This document shows, piece by piece, positions 1 through 7,613 of a DNA stretch of 64,000 nt. The stretch is from a bacterium (GTDB lineage Bacteria > Zixibacteria > MSB-5A5 > WJJR01), in contig JAKAKI010000034.1 in NCBI GenBank assembly GCA_021813505.1, forward strand, positions 10,059 through 74,058, in the 5' to 3' direction. Position numbers and translations under genes: made by a program. Each line of letters starts with the position of its first letter. The stretch's first letter is position 1. The notes under the pieces were generated by a model. The model searched no databases. It was given only the letters and a program-made list of their open reading frames with translations, and was not told the origin of the DNA.

Positions 1-676
1 GATCAGCATCTGGAGGAAGGATCGTGTCCGGCTGAGCGGGAGCGAATTGCTGCAGCCCCGCTGGTCCTGGCTCATCGATGTCAAAGTGCCTGATGAAGTT
101 GGGTTGCGCATAAGCACACAGTCCGGTTGCGTAGTACGCCTCTGCCACGTCAAGGGATGAACCTCCAAGCTCAGGCCGTACACGAACGCGGTACAGAAGT
201 GGTCTGTCAGAGTCCGGGGAATTTGCATACACGGACAGCGCAGCATTTACCGAATCAATAGCGGCCTGGGGAATGCCGTTGCGAAACTGGACATTGAGTT
301 GATCGATCATCCAGCACACATGAGAAGATCCGCTTTGGATAACAGGATTTGCCATCCGTACGAGTGGGTCTAAGCGCACCTGTTCGAGTACGGTTTCGAT
401 TGCCAGACCCGGCACAACGCCGAATACGTAGAAGCCATCGGTTAGTTCCCACGGGACATATGTGTCGAGCAATTCTGGGCGAAGGTGAGCGAATTCCACT
501 GCATCGGCGACACTCGATTCCAGAGAAGCCAACTGCACGGCCACAACCGAGTCGGCCACCCGGAGAAGCTGCGACGAACCATCGAGATTGTGCATTTGCC
601 ACTCTCGGGCATCCCCGCGCGATCCCATCAATAGACTACATATCACAATTGACATACCCAATGTATGGCTGCTCAT
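1..676 (-). CDS. Secreted hypothetical protein, truncated at its 3' end by the window edge (signal-peptide-like N-terminus; weak resemblance to a subtilase/S8 pro-domain)
   Basis: The minus-strand frame is open from the ATG at 674-676 to position 1 with no stop. The start is preceded by TAAGGAGGAGCC (AGGAGG Shine-Dalgarno) and an in-frame TAA. The ORF is absent from the supplied track, probably because it has no in-window stop. The N-terminus MSIVICSLLMGS is hydrophobic, and ...YRVRVRP...AEAYYATGLCAYAQPNFIRHFD resembles the end of an S8 propeptide. Function is uncertain. Confidence 0.5.
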   Translation of the reverse strand, partial: MSSHTLGMSIVICSLLMGSRGDAREWQMHNLDGSSQLLRVADSVVAVQLASLESSVADAVEFAHLRPELLDTYVPWELTDGFYVFGVVPGLAIETVLEQVRLDPLVRMANPVIQSGSSHVCWMIDQLNVQFRNGIPQAAIDSVNAALSVYANSPDSDRPLLYRVRVRPELGGSSLDVAEAYYATGLCAYAQPNFIRHFDIDEPGPAGLQQFAPAQPDTILPPDAD

Positions 677-685
677 GGCTCCTCC

Positions 686-1813
686 TTATGGACGCGGGGC
701 GAGATCGATATCTTCCGTAAACCGGCCGGATTCTGAGAAGATCAGTTTGTAGAGTTTCTTTGTCCGGCTGTTAACAACCAAGATGGGGCCGCGAACAGAA
801 TTGATGTACACTTTGTCAGAGTTGGGCAGAAACCGAATGCTCCACGGTCTCAAGATTCCGGCGAATCCAGGTTCTGACCAGGATAACGAAACTGTATCCT
901 TTAATACGCCGGTGACTGCGTCGTAGACATGCACGCTGGGTTTGTGATCCGGATCCCATCCAAGTCGATCACCATAATCGGCGGTCCAAACTTCGCGGCC
1001 GTCCGGACTGACGCGACAATCGTGGGGTATATAGCCAGTCCTCTGAAGGAAGACCAGTGAGTGGTTGGCCAGATCATAGCCCGCCAGGGATACTGGATAA
1101 ACGTTTCCGAAAGCGATCCCATAGAAATGAGTCCCGTCTTGAGAGAAGGTGAAAGGCAGATCGACTTGAAGCAGGGTACCAGAATCCGGGCGTATGGCAA
1201 ACGAATCTATTGGCGCGCCGTTGGAATCAAATACCACGTACTGATAGGAAGGATGAGACATTGAGTCGTGCTGGTTATCCGCGCTGGCCACACGTCCACT
1301 CGATCCAAGTGGTCCGGTCATCCATCGCGGGCGTGCCCATACTTCTTTCAAGTTGAAGCCTGGAATGTTGTAAACAAGACTGCTATCGAACTGAGGACAG
1401 ATGATAATTCGCTCCGATGGCAGAAAGACCGGTGGGAGTGATGGCGCTGACAAACTAGTTAGAGGTGTGCGTGTGACTGCATCGAAGATCTCCGGTGGGC
1501 GCCCTGAGCCCAAGACGGCAAAGTACTTTCCGTCGGGGCAAGCGACAATTCCCGGTCCTGTTTGGAAGCCATGAGTGATGCTGTCAATCACGGAGTCGGT
1601 GGCGCAATTGATGACGGCTATCCAGCCCTCGGAGTAGCCGTGCATGGCCGCGTAGAGCAGGTACTCCGGTTCCGGTTGCGGCTGAATTCCGGATTCACAA
1701 CTCGTTAATGACGACAGGACCCAGGCAGTGATCGCCAGCCTGGCGAGCCAGGGGACGAGAGTCATTACGCCCCTCCCAGCACAGCGCTTCTTCATTCCAA
1801 CGGCGTGTGTCAT
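686..1813 (-). CDS. Beta-propeller (YVTN-type repeat) lipoprotein, paralog A
   Basis: The start MTHAVGMKK... is preceded by GGAGGTGAA. The signal peptide with lipobox LSSLTSC follows. Repeated ...PDGKYFAV.../...SPDGREVWT... blocks are typical of YVTN beta-propeller repeats. The track ORF 686..1903 extends upstream, but the start chosen here is SD-supported. Confidence 0.6.
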   Translation of the reverse strand: MTHAVGMKKRCAGRGVMTLVPWLARLAITAWVLSSLTSCESGIQPQPEPEYLLYAAMHGYSEGWIAVINCATDSVIDSITHGFQTGPGIVACPDGKYFAVLGSGRPPEIFDAVTRTPLTSLSAPSLPPVFLPSERIIICPQFDSSLVYNIPGFNLKEVWARPRWMTGPLGSSGRVASADNQHDSMSHPSYQYVVFDSNGAPIDSFAIRPDSGTLLQVDLPFTFSQDGTHFYGIAFGNVYPVSLAGYDLANHSLVFLQRTGYIPHDCRVSPDGREVWTADYGDRLGWDPDHKPSVHVYDAVTGVLKDTVSLSWSEPGFAGILRPWSIRFLPNSDKVYINSVRGPILVVNSRTKKLYKLIFSESGRFTEDIDLAPRP

Positions 1814-1886
1814 TTCACCTCCTATGACCGGACTTCGTGATACTGAATTCTCCAAGCATGTCTCACGTTCTTCATCGATTCCCTCC

Positions 1887-3014
1887 TCATGGACGTGGGG
1901 CAAGATCGATGTCCTCGACCCACCGGTTGAAGTTGGGAAAGATCAATTTGCCGACAGTCTTTGTTCGCGCATTGATGACGAGCAGCGGCTGAAGGCCCGC
2001 AACAGAATTCACGTAGACCTTATCCGATCCGGGGAGGAAGCGAATGTTGGACGGTGCCAGAGTTCTGTTGGGATCGGCGTAATAGCCGGTGATCGGTACA
2101 GTGTCCTTGTGAAATCCCGTGGATGCATCATAGACGTCAATGCGGCCGTGCCAGTCGGGAGCAAAACCGAGCAAATCACCATGATCGGTGGTCCACACCT
2201 CCAGTCCGTCCGGACTGACGCGGCAGTGCTGGAATGCACCGGCAGGCTGGAGAAAGAGAAGTGAGTGATTGCTCACATCATAACCGGCGAGAAATGGCCC
2301 GCCTTGGATACCATAGGCAAGTGCATAGAACCGGTTCCCATTAGGAGAAAACGTGAAGGCTCCAATGCTGAGCGCAGTGTCGCCGTGCTTGATGGAGAAC
2401 GAATCAACGGGAGTGCCGTTGGGATCGAACACTACGATCTTGTGGAGATCGTGCCGTGGGGGCTGTTCACGTTGGGAGTCGAGACTGGCAGTCCTACCGT
2501 CGCTTCCAGCAGGCTCCGTGAGCCAGCAAGGACGTGGCCACGTCTCCCGGTACTCAAAACCCGGTATAGTGTAGACGCGCGTGCTGTCATAATCCGGCGC
2601 GAGAATCATGTGCGCGGAGGGAAGAAACACCGCTGGCAATGATGGCGCCGCCAAGTACGTGATTTGCGTCCGGGAGCTCGCTTCGAAAATTTCTGGTGGT
2701 CTATTGGAGCCAAGTACGGCAAAATACTTCCCGTCGGGGGAGGCAACGACGCCAGGGCTGGACTGGAAGCCACGAGTGACGCTGTCGATTACAGAGTCAG
2801 TTGCACAATCGATGACGGCGATCGAACCCTCGCTGACACCGTGCATGGCCGCGTAGAGCAGGTACCTCGGTTCCAGTTGCGGCTGAATTCCGGATTCGCA
2901 ACTCGTTAGTGACGACAGGACCCCGGCAGAGATTGCCAGCCTGGCAAACCAGGGGACGAGAGCCCTTACGCCACTCACGCCATAGAGTTTCTTCATTCCA
3001 ATGGCGTGTGTCAT
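1887..3014 (-). CDS. Beta-propeller (YVTN-type repeat) lipoprotein, paralog B (tandem duplicate of A)
   Basis: It has the same N-terminus (MTHAIGMKK...LSSLTSC lipobox) and the same C-terminus (...EDIDLAPRP) as paralog A. Its 5' leader is nearly identical (catttcacctcctatga(c/t)cggacttcgtgat) with the same SD. Confidence 0.6.
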   Translation of the reverse strand: MTHAIGMKKLYGVSGVRALVPWFARLAISAGVLSSLTSCESGIQPQLEPRYLLYAAMHGVSEGSIAVIDCATDSVIDSVTRGFQSSPGVVASPDGKYFAVLGSNRPPEIFEASSRTQITYLAAPSLPAVFLPSAHMILAPDYDSTRVYTIPGFEYRETWPRPCWLTEPAGSDGRTASLDSQREQPPRHDLHKIVVFDPNGTPVDSFSIKHGDTALSIGAFTFSPNGNRFYALAYGIQGGPFLAGYDVSNHSLLFLQPAGAFQHCRVSPDGLEVWTTDHGDLLGFAPDWHGRIDVYDASTGFHKDTVPITGYYADPNRTLAPSNIRFLPGSDKVYVNSVAGLQPLLVINARTKTVGKLIFPNFNRWVEDIDLAPRP

Positions 3015-4073
3015 TTCACCTCCTATGATCGGACTTCGTGATCCTCGACTTGGTTTTTGAATATCACGGCCTGACGCCCTCCGCTACGTCCCAAACGGCG
3101 GGACCTGGATGGGAATTAACCTCCTGACAACTCGGTTGTTTCTGGCGATCTCGTTTCAAAGGTCTGATGAATCTGTCCTAAACGACCCCTTCCCTTCTGA
3201 AGGCGCACTCACAGGTGCGTCCCGTTACTCTGGCCGACTCAAATGGCGCAATGATAAGTTGATTGTCTCTTGGGGGTGATGAGGCGCGATGAGCCGCCTA
3301 TGGCCGCGGCAATTCCAGCGGATCAATGGGGGATTGACCTGACCCGGAACTAGTAAGCGCACCTCAAGATGGTTGAGGGCATTCGAATTCGTCTGGGAGA
3401 CAGGTACAAACGGGCGGGCGCACGCTACGGCACGCTTGCCCGGGGCTAAACCCAATCGTCGATGCGGAATATTCACGTCCGCTCAAAATTTGATACTGCT
3501 TCAACGGCCGAGCACCGGTGCTGCTCCGGCACTGTGTTAATAACTTCGGCAACCGCATAACACATGTCAAGACAATTCATAGCATGTTGAAACCCAAGAA
3601 CTAGCAACCCCAGTATCATATTGGTAACTGCCACTCCCTCAGGAAGTTGCGTTACCCGACGGGAGGCTTCGATCGCGTCCGACTCATGGTGCATTAACGA
3701 ACACAAGTTCCCGCTCATCCCACCTTTTCCGTCTTCCGGCACGGACAGCCAATATGACATAATGACAACTCCGGGAATGCAGACAAAAGCACTCCCGTCG
3801 CCGTTCACGGCATGTGATCGGCAACCATCAAGCGAGTGGTGCTCGGCATCAGTCACGAACAATGAGGACTCGCCACATCCACTAAACAGCGTTTGCACAG
3901 CCCGGCTCCGCACGGGACGCGGCACCGTGCAGCCATCATGAAAAAGTGCCCTGTCCCTTGTCAAGATGTATTTTGGGGGCGTGCGACGCGGCCGGTGGAA
4001 GACGGCTCCACTGGTGCCCCACTCGGGTGTGCCCGGGACTGGAGCAGGACATCAACTTGTGCAGGATCGATCT

Positions 4074-4925
4074 TTAGGGGATATCTTTGCCGGCAATCTT
4101 ATCGCGCTCGCTCATGTCGATGGGCGCGAAGTTGTCTTTGGAGAAGCTGTTCAGCACAACAATGGCAATGCGGCGATTGGCCGGGTCCTCGGGTTTGTTT
4201 AGGAAGCGGGGGTGGGTGTCGGCGAAGCCGCGAACCTCGTTGATTTTGGAGGGATCCACACCGTTTTGCTCGAGAATCCGTCGGGCGGCATTGGCACGAT
4301 CGGCCGACAATTCCCAGTTCGAGTAACTGCTACGGTTGGCGTACTGCTTGCTGTCGGTGTGCCCTTCCAGGGCGACTTTGTATCCAAGCGGTCCGATGTG
4401 GCTGGCGATCATTGAGACAGCATGGATGCCCCCGGAAGACAATTGGGCACTCCCCAGTTCGAAGAAAGTCGAGTCCCCACCCTCGGTGAGTTGAATGCGG
4501 AGGCCTTCGTCGGTGACCTGAACCTCGACGAATTTCGAGAGCTCACCCAATCCGTTGTCACCCTGCAATGCCCTGGTCAGTTCTTCCGCTTTGGCCTGGA
4601 GTTTCTCGCGCACCACCTTTTCCTGGGTTTTGCGAAAGTCCTCAGTCTCCTTCGCACTCTTGGGTGGATTGATCGCGCCGGAGGAACCCTCGAGGACGCT
4701 GCTCCCCGCCTTGTCCGCGAAGCCAACGGGATCGCGAAAATACCCGCCGACGCCCTCTTTGACCTTTTCACTCTGATTGACCAGCCACATCACCAGGAAG
4801 AACGCCATCATCGCCGTCACAAAGTCCGCGTAGGCAACCTTCCACGCACCGCCGTGATGGCCTTCGTGCGCGCCGTGCTTCTTGACGATGATGACTGGTG
4901 CCTTGTCGTCTTTTTCGGCTTCCAT
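4074..4925 (-). CDS. motB: Flagellar motor stator protein MotB (OmpA-like peptidoglycan-binding C-terminus)
   Basis: The single TM segment WKVAYADFVTAMMAFFLVMWL is the MotB signature. The C-terminal ...NRRIAIVVL... is an OmpA-like motif. The gene lies immediately downstream of motA. Confidence 0.88.
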   Translation of the reverse strand: MEAEKDDKAPVIIVKKHGAHEGHHGGAWKVAYADFVTAMMAFFLVMWLVNQSEKVKEGVGGYFRDPVGFADKAGSSVLEGSSGAINPPKSAKETEDFRKTQEKVVREKLQAKAEELTRALQGDNGLGELSKFVEVQVTDEGLRIQLTEGGDSTFFELGSAQLSSGGIHAVSMIASHIGPLGYKVALEGHTDSKQYANRSSYSNWELSADRANAARRILEQNGVDPSKINEVRGFADTHPRFLNKPEDPANRRIAIVVLNSFSKDNFAPIDMSERDKIAGKDIP

Positions 4926-4948
4926 AAGTCCTATTGCGGCAGAAGTTG

Positions 4949-5806
4949 TTAACCCTTGGTTGCGCGGCAGGCTTCTTCGAGCTCAGTGAATCCCGGGCGG
5001 ACGTCGCTATAGATGGAACGGCGGGCGAACTCAACGGCGATCGCCGCGACGCAGCCCTTGTGGAATGCCAACAGGACCTGCTTCAGTGCAACAAAGTAAC
5101 GGCCATTCTCTTCCGCCTTGCTGGCCAGGTTGGCGGCCAGCGGCTGAACGAAGCCGTACGACAACAGCACGCCCAGGAATGTCCCCACCAGCGCCGCGCC
5201 CACTTTGTGCCCGATTTCCTCGGCAGGACCGTCGATCGCGCCCATCGTGATGACAATGCCCAGTACGGCCGCCACGATCCCCAGACCGGGCAGAGAATCA
5301 CCGGTGGTCTGCAGCACCTTCGAGGGTTTGGTGGCTTCCTCGTGGTGCGTTTCGAGGTCGACGTCCATTAACGCGTCCAAATCGTGCGCCTGGACCCCCG
5401 ATCCGGAGATGATCAGCCGCATCGTGTCGGCCAGGAAACTCACCGCGTGATGGTTTTTCGCGAAGCTGGGATACTTGCCGATGATCGCACTGCCTTCGGG
5501 CCGTTCGATGTGACCCTCCAGGGCCATAATTCCATCGCGGCGCGCCACGGTCAGCAGTTCGTACAGCATCGAAAGCAGATCGAGATAGTCTTTTTTTGTG
5601 GGGCCGATCTTGGGCAGACTCGCCAGTTGCGAGATCATCGTCTTGAGTGTCTTGGGGCCGCTGCCAATGATCAGTGCCCCCCCTGCCGCGCCTCCGATGA
5701 TGAGGAATTCGGCGGGCTGGAAGAGGACGAGGAGCTTGCCGCCCTCCATAAGATAGCCACCGAGAATGGCGGCAATGACAATGCCGATCCCTGCAAATGC
5801 AATCAC
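4949..5806 (-). CDS. motA: Flagellar motor stator protein MotA
   Basis: The 285-aa, 4-TM protein is collinear with E. coli MotA (GGYLMxGG, YQPAE, RLIISG, ETHEE, GDSLPxFGIVAAV, MVGTFLGxLLxYGF, PIAVEF motifs). Confidence 0.9.
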   Translation of the reverse strand: MIAFAGIGIVIAAILGGYLMEGGKLLVLFQPAEFLIIGGAAGGALIIGSGPKTLKTMISQLASLPKIGPTKKDYLDLLSMLYELLTVARRDGIMALEGHIERPEGSAIIGKYPSFAKNHHAVSFLADTMRLIISGSGVQAHDLDALMDVDLETHHEEATKPSKVLQTTGDSLPGLGIVAAVLGIVITMGAIDGPAEEIGHKVGAALVGTFLGVLLSYGFVQPLAANLASKAEENGRYFVALKQVLLAFHKGCVAAIAVEFARRSIYSDVRPGFTELEEACRATKG

Positions 5807-5925
5807 GCTCTTCCTCCCGTCCGGCCGAATGGCCGGACCCTATTGGAGTATCGTCAGTTAGTGGAAGTTCTGCAGCGGTGCAGGAGATTCGGCTGCGCCC
5901 GATTAGGTGGGCGGAGCCCATCACT

Positions 5926-6031
5926 GGGAGGGCGAGGCTCCCGCCGAGCCTTGTTACCGCGCAGATACCCTTATTAACGTAAGCCACAACACCCGCGCGG
6001 CAAAGAGGCTCGGCAGGACCCTCGCCCTCCC
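5926..6031. repeat. REP-like palindromic element, copy 1 (25-nt GC-rich inverted arms around a 56-nt spacer)
   Basis: Left arm gggagggcgaggctcccgccgagcc (5926-5950) pairs with ggctcggcaggaccctcgccctccc (6007-6031) at 23/25 positions. The spacer carries an inner ccgcgc/gcgcgg sub-palindrome. Near-identical arms recur at 48277-48346. Confidence 0.6.
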
Positions 6032-6090
6032 GGTGGCGGCGTACGCCTACACAATAACTCACTATGTCGAGTCGCCGGGGTGCGTTGCCC

Positions 6091-6852
6091 TCAATACTGG
6101 GATTCGGCCTGGGGGCCCAGGATGCGGATGAAGTTGCGAAACAACTCAAGCCCCGGCCACTGTTTGTGGCGAAGCTCTTGATGATCGGCGATCCAGCGAG
6201 GGATCAGGGGTATCGGAATCAGCCGGGGCGATTCACCGCTCAACTCCGCTGTCAGCCGGGCCAGCGGAACCGTCAACGGGAGCGGCATGGGGACCTTGTC
6301 GATGTCGTTGGCGATCGGATCGACGCAGAGTTCGGCGGGAGAGGTGACGTTGTATTCGCGGCATACGACCGGGCGATGCAGATGGATGCTGCACAGTTCA
6401 TCCACCAGAAACGGGCACGCCATCCCGAGGAGAAAATACTTGCGCGCGATCGGGAGCACAGCTTCGTCGACATATTCTGGATTGAGCAGTTCATCGATCA
6501 TCTGCAATCGCTCGAGTTCGCCGGCGATTCTACTCATGCGTGACATAACTTCATCGCGGTGAGCCGGCTCAAATGAATCGATCAGATCCTGCAGGTAGAA
6601 TGCTTCCGGCGGCGAAATCGCGACCATGTGGTGGCAGCAGGCTGCGCACCGGGCACGGCAGGAAACGTGGCGTCCTGCGTGCACTTCGCGCCGATGGGCC
6701 TGGGCCACCAGAACGTTGGTCAATTCAAAAGCGGTCGGCACGAGTTCCGCCAGCCGCATCGGGCCCGTGTCGACCTCGACGCGGCCCCGCATGACGCCTT
6801 CCGGTGTCTGGAGCGTGACGGACATTAGTGCTACGCGACTGTCGCCCGTCAT
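6091..6852 (-). CDS. YkgJ/UPF0153-family Cys-cluster (putative Fe-S or zinc-binding) protein
   Basis: The cysteine cluster CRARCAACCHH (C-x3-C-x2-CC) is close to the CxxCxxCC signature of the YkgJ / flagellin N-methylase (FliB) family. The start overlaps the upstream gene by 4 bp. Confidence 0.45.
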   Translation of the reverse strand: MTGDSRVALMSVTLQTPEGVMRGRVEVDTGPMRLAELVPTAFELTNVLVAQAHRREVHAGRHVSCRARCAACCHHMVAISPPEAFYLQDLIDSFEPAHRDEVMSRMSRIAGELERLQMIDELLNPEYVDEAVLPIARKYFLLGMACPFLVDELCSIHLHRPVVCREYNVTSPAELCVDPIANDIDKVPMPLPLTVPLARLTAELSGESPRLIPIPLIPRWIADHQELRHKQWPGLELFRNFIRILGPQAESQY

Positions 6853-7613
6853 TTGGTGAATACCGGATCAAGATGCAATTGGAAGATGTGGCCGCAGTAC
6901 CGGCACCGGATTCGTTCGCCCTCCCGCCCCTGCCGCACACCCAGGCTCCGATTGCAGCCATCACAGCCGATCCATGACACGGGTTGTGAGTAGTCCACCG
7001 GTCCGCTGGGGCGGTCGAGATACTCCACCTGATGGGCAGCGTAGATGCCGGCTGCAATCGGCTGCCAGGTTGAACCTCCACCCATTGCGGCGTCGCGTTT
7101 GTGAATCGCCTCGCGATGGCTGGCGTCGCCGTGGGCGATCACATACTGGCTGACGGTTTCCCAGAAGGGAAGGCTGTCCGTCTGATCGAGGCAGGTAATC
7201 CAAAGATCGACGGCCGCATGAGGGTCACGAGAAACAACTGCCCGGCCCACGTTGAAGATTACCTCGGGATCGGAGTCCCCTCTGAACCGGCCCGCGAGCC
7301 ATTCCCGGTCACCGGGATGGAACTGAATCAGATATCCTGCTGCTTTGCCGCGTGCGGGAGCCTCAGGATTCTCCAGGGTGCGGCGGCCAAGTTCACGGAG
7401 CCTGTCATCGGCAGACCCACGGGTGAACAGCATCCAGATCATGTAACACACCGAGGGTGATGTTTCTCGCGTCAGCACATCAAGGAGCGTTCCGATCCCA
7501 TCGCTGACTTTCAGGCGCTTGCCGACAACCTCTGTCAGCAGGGCGCGTAAGCAATCGAGTTTTTCCTTTTCGTCCTTTGCATCAAGCAGGGACTCGAATT
7601 TAACCTGGCTCAC
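6849..7613 (-). CDS. Hypothetical HEAT-like repeat protein with C-terminal zinc ribbon; candidate Rhs immunity protein
   Basis: It has a 4-bp start/stop overlap with the Rhs gene. Composition is balanced and non-low-complexity. The C-terminal CDGC...CRYCGH is a zinc ribbon. The internal repeats are HEAT_2-like (DDRLRELGRR..., DSDPEVIFNVGRAV...). The immunity role is inferred from position only. Confidence 0.4.
   Translation of the reverse strand: MSQVKFESLLDAKDEKEKLDCLRALLTEVVGKRLKVSDGIGTLLDVLTRETSPSVCYMIWMLFTRGSADDRLRELGRRTLENPEAPARGKAAGYLIQFHPGDREWLAGRFRGDSDPEVIFNVGRAVVSRDPHAAVDLWITCLDQTDSLPFWETVSQYVIAHGDASHREAIHKRDAAMGGGSTWQPIAAGIYAAHQVEYLDRPSGPVDYSQPVSWIGCDGCNRSLGVRQGREGERIRCRYCGHIFQLHLDPVFTK

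Noticed and set aside
255-720. Track ORFs 255-602 (minus) and 349-720 (plus)
   Set aside because: They overlap the SD-supported, edge-truncated minus-strand gene (1-676) in other frames and have Arg/Pro-rich compositions; they are likely artefacts.
3300-3360. Possible attR-like partial copy of the tRNA-Ser 3' end (gggggattgacctgacccgg vs gggggattcgaacccccgg)
   Set aside because: Only ~8 contiguous identical bases. No integrase and no compositional boundary, so it is not convincing as an island junction.
3473-3964. 163-codon minus-strand ORF between motB and the lipoprotein genes
   Set aside because: Third-codon positions are A/T-rich, unlike all confident genes in the window. No motifs were recognised. 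It is treated as part of a low-GC non-coding islet rather than a CDS.
4074-5806. MotAB as the ZorAB core of a Zorya-type anti-phage system, or as the stator for a non-flagellar machine
   Set aside because: MotA is 285 aa and collinear with E. coli MotA; it lacks the long C-terminal tail of ZorA. MotB has the canonical plug/TM and OmpA-like domain. No ZorC/ZorD-like genes are adjacent.
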